A DNA stretch of 64,000 bases from a bacterium (GCA_046331705.1 JAXLQJ010000014.1:62001-126000), one strand, 5' to 3'. Shown: positions 49,501-58,433, numbered from the stretch's first letter. The notes: generated by a model from the sequence alone, not told the origin. Made by a program: numbers and translations.

Positions 49501-49711
49501 CGTTGATGATCGCCTCGCGGAGCGTGCAGTCGCCGTCGTTACCATCCGGGTTCTTGGCATCCGTGCTGACGTCCACGGTGAACGTCTTGGCGAGCGCGCG
49601 CTCGGGACGCGTCGCGAAGAGCGCGAGCAGCGCCGTCGCGAGCAGCGCGCCCACGCGAGCGCGAGAAGCGAATCGGTGATGAGCCAGACGGCGTGACGTC
49701 ACGAGCGACAT
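43598..49711 (-). CDS. Giant surface protein paralog with 11 Ig-like repeats
   Basis: GGAGG RBS before ATG 49711; CTLREA, same architecture as 38284-43311, closely similar FG-GAP C-terminus. Confidence 0.9.
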   Translation of the reverse strand: MSLVTSRRLAHHRFASRARVGALLATALLALFATRPERALAKTFTVDVSTDAKNPDGNDGDCTLREAIINASQNANNTPTTYADCPAGDPDPTVDVINFSVNNVTLAQDADEIFVASNLSSGPIEINGNVTIDGGGQARSKRIFRTIGDSDHTVKIVGLTFQNAWDGGGGAILNTGTSLIFQGVLFQDNKAISSGGGAINSAGGDAFFMDGVTFDQNEAQATDGGALYLSGSSTQVTLKNVTFSNNKAALSGGAAYFTGGGTTGYFWLLDNVQFNDNESLNGTGQGGNPSLGGGGALYNAVDYDETTIFKNCKFDGNKATQGKGGAIYNSIAAQNIEIQDSVFTLNFATNNDPVNITDQGFGGAVWNQGGLVLNRVTLDGNTAVLHGGGLGNKSSSGNNSTVANSTITGNIVSTSSSEGGGIWNDSSSTLVTRNTTVADNIALLGSGANLYNKGELVALNSIFANTLGSSNCAGPSKLTNSDGDGNVQWPGTSCDALPNPIASGDPKLGASIPAGGPAGSKVFPIGAGSAATSYGNATVCSDPPVSNLDQTNASRPQPGGTNCDSGAYESNRAAGYDSNPAPGQTIQIQTDTSTTGHGKVTVSETGTDDLHVTDVQITGDSEITLTSSQSFDIADGGQDVDITFDCASNQANTYNATLQVTHNGGQSPSSYTIQCDVQDNSQPGYGSTPSAGTTIILATTFGVDATQNVVISETGDATLSGTVSLIAAPVITSIELTSGDGPFAIPDGGASVTVGIKCSGTSDTQDAALLSVTHNANGSPALYPITCIIEGPNTPIYESLPLPGSTIDIVTAPNNAATTDIYVENLGNDDLDVSNIQLSGDSNLTLVSPSSFTLASKRPPKLVTVQCLSGSSGDYSTTVTATHNAPGSPATYTVNCHVTGNAIPGYGSSPASGSTIQFGTTLGSTGTASLTVSETGSAALNVSNVALSGDSEISFHSGSGSPFQIADGGLPVQQTLDCSSAFIGTYHATLTLTHDGSGSPAQYNVVCNVTATPSPVYSSSPGAGGGLALSTSTGNAKTGTIQVSNPGSSDLHVTNVSLSGDPEITLTSSSSFTQTANAAPTNVDVQCSSAIAGPYSSTLTITHDAPGSPATYTIDCNVTQGPTPGYGSNPVPGSSLPITASTGTPATTDVIVSETGNAPLDVTNVAVTGDPELSLTTASSFQIADGGLDQTVTVQCSSNQAGQYTGTLTVTHNAAGSPATYPITCDVSAPAPGYGSNPTPGSTLTLGTTAGTPTTTNVVVSETGDAPLDVSSVAVTGDAPLTLTTASSFQIADGGLDQTITVQCSSAQVGQYTGTLTVTHNASGSPATYPIQCNVSAVPTPGYGSSPAPGTTLPLATTANTPTSTSVTVSETGSATLNVTNVAVTGDPEITLTTASSFQISDGGNSQDITVQCSASQIGQYTATLTVTHNAAGSPASYPITCDVSAAPAPGYGSNPNPGATLTLSTSAGVATATNVVVSETGTATLSVSNVAVTGDAPLTLTSSSSFQIVDGGPSQNITVQCSSAQAGQFTGTLTVTHNATGSPATYPIQCDVAAQPTPGYGSSPGAGTTLTIGTTPNVAGSATVTVSETGSATLSVSSVAVSGSAALSRTSAASFQIVNGGPSQSVTVQCLSSQTGQFNGTLTVTHNANGSPATYPIQCNVTAVPTPGYASSPNPGSTIPLITSPLVTAGGQVTVSEAGSANLTVSNVAMSGDPEIILTSAASFTIPDGTAPQDITFQCTSAVEGSFSATLTVTHNAAGSPASYTISCNVSSVQQAVGGDFDADGNADMMWQNVATGDVLVWFMNGSQRLSQHSLNPGQVPVGWKVAGSADFNQDGRADLLLRNGTTGALRIWYMKGYLKTGEANVTPASVADAGLEVVGVGDFNGDGKPDVLRQQPGQMPLNVVFLNGAVATKQAYLNPEKAKATKTQSVGCPDLNGDGKPDILFTLEGQLSVWFMDGIKRIGTANLVPANPTTTKYRVVGTADYNGDGKADLLFQSKKDGKLELWFMNGINRISSVVPSPSKEVSTDWVVVAPR

Positions 49712-49900
49712 GCGCAACCTCCAGGATGTGCCCCCAGGGGCGAAACGATCGAGAACCGTACGGGTGGGAGCGCGACTCATACGCTCTTCGCCGCGACGGC
49801 GCAAGCAAAGAAAGATGCGCAATTGTCGACGTTTGCAAGCGAACGTCTACGCGTGTCGAGCGCCCCGCGGCCGCTCGCGAACGGGCGCGGCACGACCCCT

Positions 49901-50563
49901 TCAGGACGCTCCGAGGTGACGCCGCCGCCACAGGCGCTCGAGCGCCTCGAGCCCCGGCAGTCGCGAGAACCGCACACCGTGGCTCACCGAGACCAGCTCA
50001 CCGAGGATCATCAACGTGAGCCCCCAGATGCGCCGCCCGCCGAACACGTACGAGGGCAGCACCCAATCGGTGCCTGCGAACCGCCATTCGAGTGGCACGC
50101 GATTGCGCTCGTCGGCGAAGTAGTCGAGCGGAACCCAGACCACTTCGCGGATCTCGTGGCTCAGCTTCCAGCGCGGTCGACGTCGCGTGAGCTGGTAGAC
50201 GAACGGACGCACCAGCATGGGAACGGGTTTCTCGTGGGCGCGTGTCACCAGGTCGCCCAACCCGGAGGGCAAGCGCTCGCCGCCTGCGTCGATCGCGAGC
50301 CCGGTCTCCTCGACGAGCTCGCGCTCGGCGGTGATTCGCAGGTCCCGGTCGTCCCCGTGCCTGCGCCCTCCGGGGAACGACATGTGCCCGGACCACGGAT
50401 CTCCTTCGCGCTCCGCACGGCGAGCCAGCAAGACCTCGATGCCGCGCCGCGGCGAGTCGCGCAGCACGACGGCCACGGCGGACTGCACCACCACACGGCC
50501 GAAACGGATACGCCGCGGCCGACGCGCCGCGAGGCGCTCGGCGAGCTCATCGACGGTGATCAT
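49901..50563 (-). CDS. NUDIX hydrolase (CoA pyrophosphatase-like)
   Basis: WSGHMSFPGG.......TAERELVEETGL Nudix box; IWGLT. Confidence 0.88.
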   Translation of the reverse strand: MITVDELAERLAARRPRRIRFGRVVVQSAVAVVLRDSPRRGIEVLLARRAEREGDPWSGHMSFPGGRRHGDDRDLRITAERELVEETGLAIDAGGERLPSGLGDLVTRAHEKPVPMLVRPFVYQLTRRRPRWKLSHEIREVVWVPLDYFADERNRVPLEWRFAGTDWVLPSYVFGGRRIWGLTLMILGELVSVSHGVRFSRLPGLEALERLWRRRHLGAS

Positions 50564-50919
50564 GGGCGACGAGATCAAGGCGTAGCACCCTGTCGTGGGC
50601 CACGCCAGACCGGACCGCGTGGCGCCCGAGGGCGAAGCGGCTCCGAAAGCACGCGTAGTCGCACGGCGAATTTCGCGACGCAGGCAAGCCGCGAAGGCGT
50701 TCCCCTGGCACCACACGTCGCTCGATGGGCTGGAAACGAGGCTCCGGGCGGTGCCCCGGAGGACCACGGCGGAGTGGTCGGGATCGCGCTCGGTGAGACT
50801 CTGTCTTGACTACAAAAATTTGACGGCGGCGTGACGAATGGCTTGTTTTCGCCGTTGAATTTTAGGAAGATCGGCCTCCGGGCATCCGGTCGAATTCCAT
50901 CCAACGGAGGGGGGTCTAC

Positions 50920-53745
50920 ATGAGGAGCCGAGCAGGTCTTACGTGGTGGGCCGCATCCCTCGCCTTCTTGGCGGGGCTAGCGGTTCTCTTCTTGGCGGCG
51001 CCACCCGCCGCGCGCGCCCAGACCGCGCCAGCCGGCGCGAAGCCATCGGCGGCAGCCGCGGCCGCGGAAGAGTCGGAAGAGGTGACGGTCACGGGTACGC
51101 GCATCGGCCGTGACAACCTCGAGGAATACGCGCCGATCGCGGTGGTCAACTCGAGCCAGATCGAGGCATCGGGCGTCTCGTCGGTGCACGAGCTTCTGAC
51201 CCAGCTGCCCGCCGTCACGCTCCAGGGCATCAGCCGCAACGACAACAATGGCGGCCAGGGTCTCGCGTTCGTGGACCTGCGCAACCTGGGCGTCGATCGC
51301 ACCCTGGTGCTGGTCAACGGCAAGCGCTTCGTGACCAGCAACAGCGACGTGTCGGAAGCCGTGGACCTGAACAACATCCCGGTCGCGATGATCGATCGCA
51401 TCGAGGTGTCGCTCGACTCGGGTTCGGCGGTGTACGGCTCGGACGCCGTCGGTGGCGTCATCAACATCATCCTCAAGGACAACTTCGACGGCTTCCAGTT
51501 CGACGCGATGGGCGGCGTCACCGACAAGGGTGATGGCGACACGATCCAGCTCTCCGGCATCTGGGGCGCGAACACGGACCGCGGCAACATCACGATCGCC
51601 ACGTCGTGGGTCCAAAACGGCGAGGTGAAGCAGAAGGACCGCAACTGGTCCCGCTACCCGGTCGTGGCGTCGTTCTTCAACGAAGACGGCTCGATCACCA
51701 AGGTCTTCGGCTCGGGCTTCGCGCCCGAGGGCGTCGCCGACCCGGGCTACGTCTTCCGGCCGGACCCCGCGACTGGCGCGAGCTTCCAGCCGTTCGACAC
51801 CCTCGAGACCACCGCTCAGGGCGGCTCGCGGTTCAACTACGGTGACTACCAGTGGCTGACGGGCCAGTCGACCCGGTACTCGATCGACGGCATGGGTCAC
51901 CTCGATCTGAACGACCACGTGACCGCCTACATGGACGGCATGTTCACCTACCGCCAGAGCGCTCAGTCCTTGGCGCCCGAGCCCATCGGCGGCGGCACCA
52001 ACACCCATCCCAACGGCTGGGTCATCCCGGTGACCAACCCGCTGATCCCGAAGGACGCGCTGGACGCGATCCTGGCCGAGGATCCCGAGGCGGAGTCGAT
52101 CTTCTTCTCGAAGCGCATGGCGGACTTCGGTGGTCGTACCTATCGGAACGACACGGACACGTTCCGCATCGTCACCGGGCTCAAGGGCGACATCGCCCAG
52201 GGCTGGAACTACGACACGTTCCTCAACTACGGCCGCAACACCCACACCCAGCGCTCGGAAAACCTCACCAATCTGACCCGGCTCCTGGAAGCCAGCGATC
52301 CCGTGCTGTGCGCCCAGAACGCGGACAAGGGCTGCGTGCTGGCCGACGTGTTCGGTGCCAACAAGATGTCGCAGCAGGCGATCGACTACATCCGTTACAC
52401 GGGCGTCCAGACCAAGCAGCACGAGCAGTTCGACCTGGGCGCTTCGGTCACGGGCCCAGTGGCGAAGCTGCCCGCCGGCGATCTCAAGATCGCCTTCGGC
52501 GGTGAGTGGCGCGACGAGGAAGGGTTCAACCAGCCGGACCCCGTCCAGATCCTCGGCGATTCGGCGAACGATGCGCAGCAGCCGACCCGCGGCGGATACA
52601 CCCTCGGTGAGGTGTTCGCGGAAAGCAGCATCCCCGTGTTGAAGGACCAGGGCTTGAAGGAGCTGACCCTGGACGTCGCCGGCCGCTACACCAACTACGA
52701 CACCTTCGGTGACGACTTCGTCTACCGCGGCGGCGTGAGCCTGGCGCCCACCAGCGACGTGCGATTCCGCGGCATCTACGGCACCGCGTTCCGCGCGCCG
52801 AGCATCAACGACCTTTACGGCGGCGCGGTCCGTTCGTTCCAGACGGCTCAGGACCCCTGCAACGACTGGGACACCGACCCCAACATCGATCCCGTCGTCC
52901 GCGCCAACTGCGAGGCCGCGGGCGTGCCGGCCGGCTACAGCCAGATCGCGACCGGAAACGACCAGGTTCCGACCGACATCGGCGGCAACCCGAACCTGGA
53001 CGCAGAGAAGTCCGACACGTACAGCGTCGGCGCGGTGATCACGCCGAGCTTCATCGAGAACTTCTCGTTCACGGCCGACTACTACTACATCGAAGTGAAG
53101 GACTCGATCACGAACCCCGACGAGCAGACCATCCTGGACAACTGCTACTCGACGCCGGGCCTGTCGAGCCCCGACTGCGCGCGCGTCCGCCGCGACCCGA
53201 CCGGCCGCATCATCCAGGTCGCCGCCATCGAGGACAACATCGGCAAGGAGCGCACCGACGGCATCGACTTCACCACCAACTACAGCTTCGACTTGGACAA
53301 GGTCGGCGCGGCCGACGTCGGCACGATCGACCTCGGCTTCAGCGGCAACTACCTCCTCCACTACACCCAGTTCGATGGCGAAGGCGTGAAGGACGAGCTG
53401 CGCGGCACGGAAGCCGGCCTCACGGGCAACTACGCGGTGTGGAAGTGGTACCAGACCACCGGCTTCCGGCGCGGTGGCTTCTCGTTCACGAACACGGTCC
53501 GCTTCATCGGCGACGCGAAGTCCCAGGAAGTGGGCCCCGAGGACCCGTATCGCCGCGTGCACGCGGTGTCCTACTGGGACGTCGAGGGCAGCTACTCGTG
53601 GGACAACTACACGGTGTCCCTCGGCATCAACAACCTCCTCGACAAGGATCCTCCCTTCCTCCAGGAAGGCGGCCAGAACGCCAACGCGGAGGGCTACGAC
53701 TTCCTCGGCCGGTTCCTCTTCGGACGCGTCAGCTACAAGATGTGA
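50920..53745 (+). CDS. TonB-dependent outer membrane receptor
   Basis: Signal peptide, TonB box EEVTVTG, plug LRNLG..RTLVLVNGKR / GSAVYGSDAVGGVINII, C-terminal NNLLDKDPP..YDFLGRF. Confidence 0.95.
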   Translation: MRSRAGLTWWAASLAFLAGLAVLFLAAPPAARAQTAPAGAKPSAAAAAAEESEEVTVTGTRIGRDNLEEYAPIAVVNSSQIEASGVSSVHELLTQLPAVTLQGISRNDNNGGQGLAFVDLRNLGVDRTLVLVNGKRFVTSNSDVSEAVDLNNIPVAMIDRIEVSLDSGSAVYGSDAVGGVINIILKDNFDGFQFDAMGGVTDKGDGDTIQLSGIWGANTDRGNITIATSWVQNGEVKQKDRNWSRYPVVASFFNEDGSITKVFGSGFAPEGVADPGYVFRPDPATGASFQPFDTLETTAQGGSRFNYGDYQWLTGQSTRYSIDGMGHLDLNDHVTAYMDGMFTYRQSAQSLAPEPIGGGTNTHPNGWVIPVTNPLIPKDALDAILAEDPEAESIFFSKRMADFGGRTYRNDTDTFRIVTGLKGDIAQGWNYDTFLNYGRNTHTQRSENLTNLTRLLEASDPVLCAQNADKGCVLADVFGANKMSQQAIDYIRYTGVQTKQHEQFDLGASVTGPVAKLPAGDLKIAFGGEWRDEEGFNQPDPVQILGDSANDAQQPTRGGYTLGEVFAESSIPVLKDQGLKELTLDVAGRYTNYDTFGDDFVYRGGVSLAPTSDVRFRGIYGTAFRAPSINDLYGGAVRSFQTAQDPCNDWDTDPNIDPVVRANCEAAGVPAGYSQIATGNDQVPTDIGGNPNLDAEKSDTYSVGAVITPSFIENFSFTADYYYIEVKDSITNPDEQTILDNCYSTPGLSSPDCARVRRDPTGRIIQVAAIEDNIGKERTDGIDFTTNYSFDLDKVGAADVGTIDLGFSGNYLLHYTQFDGEGVKDELRGTEAGLTGNYAVWKWYQTTGFRRGGFSFTNTVRFIGDAKSQEVGPEDPYRRVHAVSYWDVEGSYSWDNYTVSLGINNLLDKDPPFLQEGGQNANAEGYDFLGRFLFGRVSYKM

Positions 53746-53772
53746 CGTGACGCGATTCGCGTAGCGATCCGC

Positions 53773-53809
53773 GAGCGGCGGGTGGGCAACCACCCGCCGC
53801 TCTTCTTTT
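53773..53809 (+). terminator. Rho-independent terminator
   Basis: 13-bp perfect stem GAGCGGCGGGTGG/CCACCCGCCGCTC with GCAA loop and TTCTTTT tail. Confidence 0.88.
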
Positions 53810-53839
53810 CGGTTCACGGCGTCGCATACGATGCCGGCG

Positions 53840-54934
53840 ATGAGCCGTCGACGACCACCCTGCTCCATCGTGCGCGCGTGGCTGCTGCTGGCCCTGGTTG
53901 GGCTCGGGTGCTCCGCGTGGCGAGCGACGCTGCCCCCCGATCTGCTGCGGCGCGAGCTCGCCGAACGCGTCCAGCCGCTGCCGGCGGAAGGGATCGTGAT
54001 CCCGCACGAGGTGGATGCCGTCGACATCGACCGGGCGCGCGAGATCCTCGGCGGACACGCCACCACCTCCGAACGCACCCAGGTCCTCTTCGATGCGATC
54101 TTCGCCGAGTGGGCCTTCGGCGTGCGCTACGTGCCGATCGTGACGTTGCCCGCGCGCGAGGCGCTCGCGCGCCGCGAGGGCAACTGCCTCACGATCGCGG
54201 CGGTGTTCGTCGGCCTCGCCCGCGGCGTCGGGCTCGACGCGTACTACATCGACGCGTCCAAGCGCCTGGCGGAGGTGGACACGGAGGAGGAGGTGATCGT
54301 GAACATGGGACACATCACCGCCGCCGTGGACACCGACCGCGGGACGCTGGCCATGGACTTCGGCTGGGACCTACCGCGCGGCAACCACTATCGCAGGCTC
54401 GACGACGACGAGGCGGTCGCGCATTTCTACAACAACCGCGGCTACGAGCGGCTGGACGATGCGATGCGCGGCGACACCCCGCTCGATTGGAGCGCGGCGG
54501 CGCGCGACTTCACCACTGCGGTGCAGGTGCGCCCGGACTTCGCACGCGGCTGGAACAATCTCGGGATCGCGCATGCGCGCCAAGGCGAGCTGGCGGTGGC
54601 GCGACACGATTACGATCGCGCCATCGAGCTCGATCGACGATTCGTGGCGCCGCGCATGAACATCGGAGTGCTGGCATTGCGCAGCGGCCGCTTCGACGAG
54701 GCGCTCACGGCCTTCGACGCGGCGGCGCAGATCGAGCCGAAGAACGCGAGCGCCCAGTTCCACCGGGGCGTGGCGTTGCTGCGCATGGATCGGCGCGCGG
54801 AGGCGATCGGCGCGCTCACCCGGGCAGTTGCGCTCGAGCCTGGATTCACGCGCGCGCAGCATCTCTTGGAGCGCGCGCAGAGCGAGGTAGGAACCGACGG
54901 CGCGGCACCGTCGGATGGCGCCCGAGCGCGGTGA
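53840..54934 (+). CDS. Putative lipoprotein: transglutaminase-like domain + TPR repeats
   Basis: LVGLGC lipobox-like; GNCL / GHI / MDF candidate triad; TPRs (WNNLG, MNIG, FHRG). Confidence 0.75.
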   Translation: MSRRRPPCSIVRAWLLLALVGLGCSAWRATLPPDLLRRELAERVQPLPAEGIVIPHEVDAVDIDRAREILGGHATTSERTQVLFDAIFAEWAFGVRYVPIVTLPAREALARREGNCLTIAAVFVGLARGVGLDAYYIDASKRLAEVDTEEEVIVNMGHITAAVDTDRGTLAMDFGWDLPRGNHYRRLDDDEAVAHFYNNRGYERLDDAMRGDTPLDWSAAARDFTTAVQVRPDFARGWNNLGIAHARQGELAVARHDYDRAIELDRRFVAPRMNIGVLALRSGRFDEALTAFDAAAQIEPKNASAQFHRGVALLRMDRRAEAIGALTRAVALEPGFTRAQHLLERAQSEVGTDGAAPSDGARAR

Positions 54935-54947
54935 CCTCCGCGCGGCG

Positions 54948-55664
54948 TCAGCGGACTCGCACCAGCCGGGGCCGCGTTGCGCCGTCGCGATCGCCGAACA
55001 GCACGGTGACGACCTTCGGAAAGGCGTGGTCGGGGAAGAGCTTCTCGAGCCCCTTGCTCACGAAATAGGCGAGTGAGGGCCCGACCCGCCGCGTGGGATC
55101 GGAGTCGTCGAATGCCAGATCCGGCCCGTGGTAGCTGCGATCCGCCGTGGGGCTGACCACGAGATTGGAGACGACGTCGACCGACCTCGCCACCTCACCG
55201 GACCCGGGATCGATCTCCTCGAACCGTCCGGTGACGTACTCGCTCGCACCGCGCAAGGGCGCGACCGGGTGGTTCCGCACGCCGATGCGCTCGATCGTCA
55301 CCCGGATCCGCTTGTCGTAGCCGGCGAGCCCGGCTTTCCCGAGGCCGTCGTGAATCAGCGCGCTCACGAGGTTCTCGACGCCGTACTGCTCGGCCTCGGG
55401 GACGAGGCGCTCGTTGGCCCATTCGACTCGGTTCAACACCGAATCGGCGAAGCGCGCGCGATCGCTCGAGCGATCGGAGTCGTCGTACGTCCGATGCCTG
55501 CGGAATTCCTCTTCATCTCGCCGTTCGACCTGGTCGATCCGCGACAAGGTGTCGCGCAGGAACGGGGACAGTGCGACCTCGACCTGCGCGTCCGCGGACG
55601 CCCCTCGCGGTGTCCACAGCCCGATCACGAGCCCGATGCTCGCCCAGTGCTTCTTCCCGGTCAT
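54948..55664 (-). CDS. Hypothetical secreted protein
   Basis: AGGAGG RBS, signal peptide, host-like codon use. Confidence 0.65.
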   Translation of the reverse strand: MTGKKHWASIGLVIGLWTPRGASADAQVEVALSPFLRDTLSRIDQVERRDEEEFRRHRTYDDSDRSSDRARFADSVLNRVEWANERLVPEAEQYGVENLVSALIHDGLGKAGLAGYDKRIRVTIERIGVRNHPVAPLRGASEYVTGRFEEIDPGSGEVARSVDVVSNLVVSPTADRSYHGPDLAFDDSDPTRRVGPSLAYFVSKGLEKLFPDHAFPKVVTVLFGDRDGATRPRLVRVR

Positions 55665-55819
55665 GACCGACGCCTCCTGAAACGACCCTCCCGCGCACGC
55701 AAACGTAACGCGGACGCACGGCACGCGCTCAGCGTACGAGGAATGCGCTTCGGAACGCTGGTTGGTTCTAGCTCCCCACGCGACGGTGCGCTAGCATTGT
55801 TGGAAAATCCGAGCACACC

Positions 55820-56599
55820 ATGCCGCCAGCTTCGTCGACTTTCGGTCACTACGGCGCCACCGAGCCGATGCCACGTTCGTGGCTCGCTGCGCTGCTCCCC
55901 TCCTCCGCGTTGTGGGGTGCCCTGATCGGGTTGGCGGTGCTGGGCGCGGGCGCCAAGCAAGCGATCGAAAAGGCTCAAGAGATCAAGTTCGTCGAGACGA
56001 TCGTGAAGAAGGAGGAGCCGCCTCCTCCGCCGCCGCCCAAGCCCGAGCCACCCAAGCCGCCCCCGCCCAAGCCCAAGCCGCCCCCGGCCGCGGCCCCCGT
56101 CGTGCCCAAGGACATGAAGGTGCGCATCCTCGATGCGCCACCGCCGCCCAAGGAATTGGTGGCGCCGACGGAAATGCCCGAGGAGAAGCCGCCCGAGGAA
56201 GACCCCAACAAGGACAAGGGGATCGCGGTGTACGGCACTCCGGGCGAGGGTGACTCGGCCGGCCTCGAAGGCGGGATGGCCGGCGGTAAGGCGGGCGGCA
56301 CCGTGGGGGTGATCGACCTCCCCGAAGGCGCCATCCCCCCCAAGCCGAAATCGTCCAACAAGCCTCCCGAGTACCCGCACGAGATGCGGAAGGAAGGCAA
56401 GCCCGGGTCCGTCACCCTGCGCGTCGTGGTGACGGCCGATGGAAACGTGACGAACGTCGACGTGGTCGACGGCGAGGAGCCATTCATCTCCGCGGCCATC
56501 GAGGCCGTGAAGAAGTGGCGCTACGAGCCGGCCCGCGTGAACGGCGTGCCGATCGCGTGCTACCGAAACCTCAAGATCAAGTTCAAGCTCGACATATAG
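55820..56599 (+). CDS. tonB: Energy transducer TonB
   Basis: N-terminal TM, Pro/Lys-rich linker, C-terminal PEYP..G.V......DGNV..AVKKWRYEPA. Confidence 0.88.
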   Translation: MPPASSTFGHYGATEPMPRSWLAALLPSSALWGALIGLAVLGAGAKQAIEKAQEIKFVETIVKKEEPPPPPPPKPEPPKPPPPKPKPPPAAAPVVPKDMKVRILDAPPPPKELVAPTEMPEEKPPEEDPNKDKGIAVYGTPGEGDSAGLEGGMAGGKAGGTVGVIDLPEGAIPPKPKSSNKPPEYPHEMRKEGKPGSVTLRVVVTADGNVTNVDVVDGEEPFISAAIEAVKKWRYEPARVNGVPIACYRNLKIKFKLDI

Positions 56600-56670
56600 C
56601 CGCCAGGCCCCACTCGCCACGCTCGCTGCCGGCAGGTGGGGTCTCGTCGTACCCGACGAAAGAGGATCCG

Positions 56671-57384
56671 ATGCAAATCAGTCTCATCGAAATCTGGACG
56701 CACATGGGTCTTCCCGCACGCATCGTCGCGGGAACGTTGATGATCCTGGGTGTCTTCTCGGTGATGGTGTTCTTCGAGCGCGTGTTCACCCTGCGGCGCT
56801 CGCGCGGCGCGTCGCGCTCGTTCTCCATGGACGTCGCCGAGAACATGAACGCCGGCAAGTTCGACGCGGTGATCGAGGCCGCCGACAAGTTCAAGGGCGG
56901 CCACCTCGCGCGGATCGTCAAGGCGGGGCTCTCGACCTACAAGAACGCGGTCGCGGCCGAGGAAGTATCCGGGCTCACCCCGCTCGATCAGACCCAGCGC
57001 TTCATGGAGCGCTTCATGGAGGAGATCTCCGCGGACCTGCGCCGCGGCATGTGGGTGCTCGCCACGGTGGGCTCGACCGCGCCGTTCGTCGGACTGCTCG
57101 GCACCGTGCTCGGGATCATCTCCGCGTTCCAGGGCATCGCGGCGACGGGCTCGGGTGGCTTGGCCTCGGTCTCGGCGGGCATCTCGGAGGCCCTCATCGA
57201 GACGGCGTTCGGCCTCTTCGTCGCGATCCCGGCGGTGTTCGCGTTCAACTACCTCTCGACGAAGATCGGGCACGAAGAGCTGTTGCTCAAGAACGCCTCC
57301 GGCGAGTTGCTGGACACGGTCGAGGACTGGGCCGAGCGTCAGGCGAAGGCCGCACCCGCTCGCGGCGCCACGGCGCGCGCCTGA
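56671..57384 (+). CDS. exbB: MotA/TolQ/ExbB proton channel protein
   Basis: LATVGSTAPFVGLLGTVLGI, ISEALIETAFGLFVAIPA. Confidence 0.92.
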   Translation: MQISLIEIWTHMGLPARIVAGTLMILGVFSVMVFFERVFTLRRSRGASRSFSMDVAENMNAGKFDAVIEAADKFKGGHLARIVKAGLSTYKNAVAAEEVSGLTPLDQTQRFMERFMEEISADLRRGMWVLATVGSTAPFVGLLGTVLGIISAFQGIAATGSGGLASVSAGISEALIETAFGLFVAIPAVFAFNYLSTKIGHEELLLKNASGELLDTVEDWAERQAKAAPARGATARA

Positions 57385-57425
57385 GCGCGTCCCGAAGCTG
57401 AGCTCGTCCCAGGGAGAGAACGACC

Positions 57426-57944
57426 GTGGCCCGGATCACCAAAGGCAGCGCGCGCTCGGTCGACGTGCGGCCGGACATGAACGTCACGCCGTTGGTCGAC
57501 ATCGTGCTGGTGCTGCTCATCATCTTCATGGTCGTGGCGCCGCGGCTCGAGCAGGACATCCCCGTGGATCTGCCTGGCATCTTCAATCCCGATCCGGACA
57601 TGAAGGGGCAGTTCGACCCCATCAAGGTGACCGTCGCCAAGAAGGGCGAGTACTACGTCGAGAAGGACCAGTACGACCTCGACGGCATCGTGAAGTACCT
57701 CGTCGACGAGCACGCCTTGGATCCCGAGCGCCGGCTGGTGCTGCGCGCCGACTCCAAGCTGACGTACGGCGACGTGCGCGAGATGTTCTTCCGAGCGCAG
57801 CAGATCGGGTTCCCCGGCATGTCGCTGCTGGTCGGCGAGAAGGCCAAGACCACGACGCCCACGGGTGCTGCCGACGCCACGGGTGCCTCACCCGTGGCAT
57901 CGAGCGAGCCGGCTGGCGCCGCCGCACCGAGCGCAGGGGGCTGA
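57426..57944 (+). CDS. exbD: ExbD/TolR biopolymer transporter
   Basis: MNVTPLVDIVLVLLIIFMV, LRAD..L.YG. Confidence 0.92.
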   Translation: MARITKGSARSVDVRPDMNVTPLVDIVLVLLIIFMVVAPRLEQDIPVDLPGIFNPDPDMKGQFDPIKVTVAKKGEYYVEKDQYDLDGIVKYLVDEHALDPERRLVLRADSKLTYGDVREMFFRAQQIGFPGMSLLVGEKAKTTTPTGAADATGASPVASSEPAGAAAPSAGG

Positions 57945-57947
57945 ACC

Positions 57948-58433
57948 GTGGGAATGAACCTCAACGCCGGCGGCCAGGGTGACGTCACGCCGGTGATGAA
58001 CGTGACGCCGCTGGTCGACATCGTGCTGGTGTTGCTCATCATCTTCATGGTGGTCACGCCGCTGCTCACCAAGAAGTTCTGGATTCACACGCCCAAGCAG
58101 GAGAAGAAGGAAGTCGAGGAGGAGCAGCCCAAGGATCCGACGCCGCCGCTGGTGCTGCGTATCGCGGCGGACAAGACCATCACGGTCAATGGCCAGGTGA
58201 TCGGATACGACGAGCTACCCGAGCGCCTCAAGCGCATGTTCGCGGCCCGCGACGATCACATCCTCTTCTTCGACGCCGAGGACGCAGTCCCGTACGGCTA
58301 CGCCGTCCAGGTCATGGATCAGGCGCGTGCCGGACATGCGGTGACCATCGCGACGCTGATCCAAGCGCTCAGCGATCAGGCCGTCCCCGCGGGCGAGACG
58401 CCGGCGGCGCCCGCACCCGCACCCGCGCCCTGA
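57948..58433 (+). CDS. exbD: Second ExbD/TolR biopolymer transporter
   Basis: MNVTPLVDIVLVLLIIFMV, FDAED.VPYG. Confidence 0.92.
   Translation: MGMNLNAGGQGDVTPVMNVTPLVDIVLVLLIIFMVVTPLLTKKFWIHTPKQEKKEVEEEQPKDPTPPLVLRIAADKTITVNGQVIGYDELPERLKRMFAARDDHILFFDAEDAVPYGYAVQVMDQARAGHAVTIATLIQALSDQAVPAGETPAAPAPAPAP

Noticed and set aside
43595-49696. 2033-aa plus-strand ORF
   Set aside because: Antisense shadow of the giant surface protein; strong GC codon bias removes stops on the opposite strand; R/G/V-rich with no motifs
50977-54078. 1033-aa minus-strand ORF
   Set aside because: Antisense shadow of the TonB-dependent receptor
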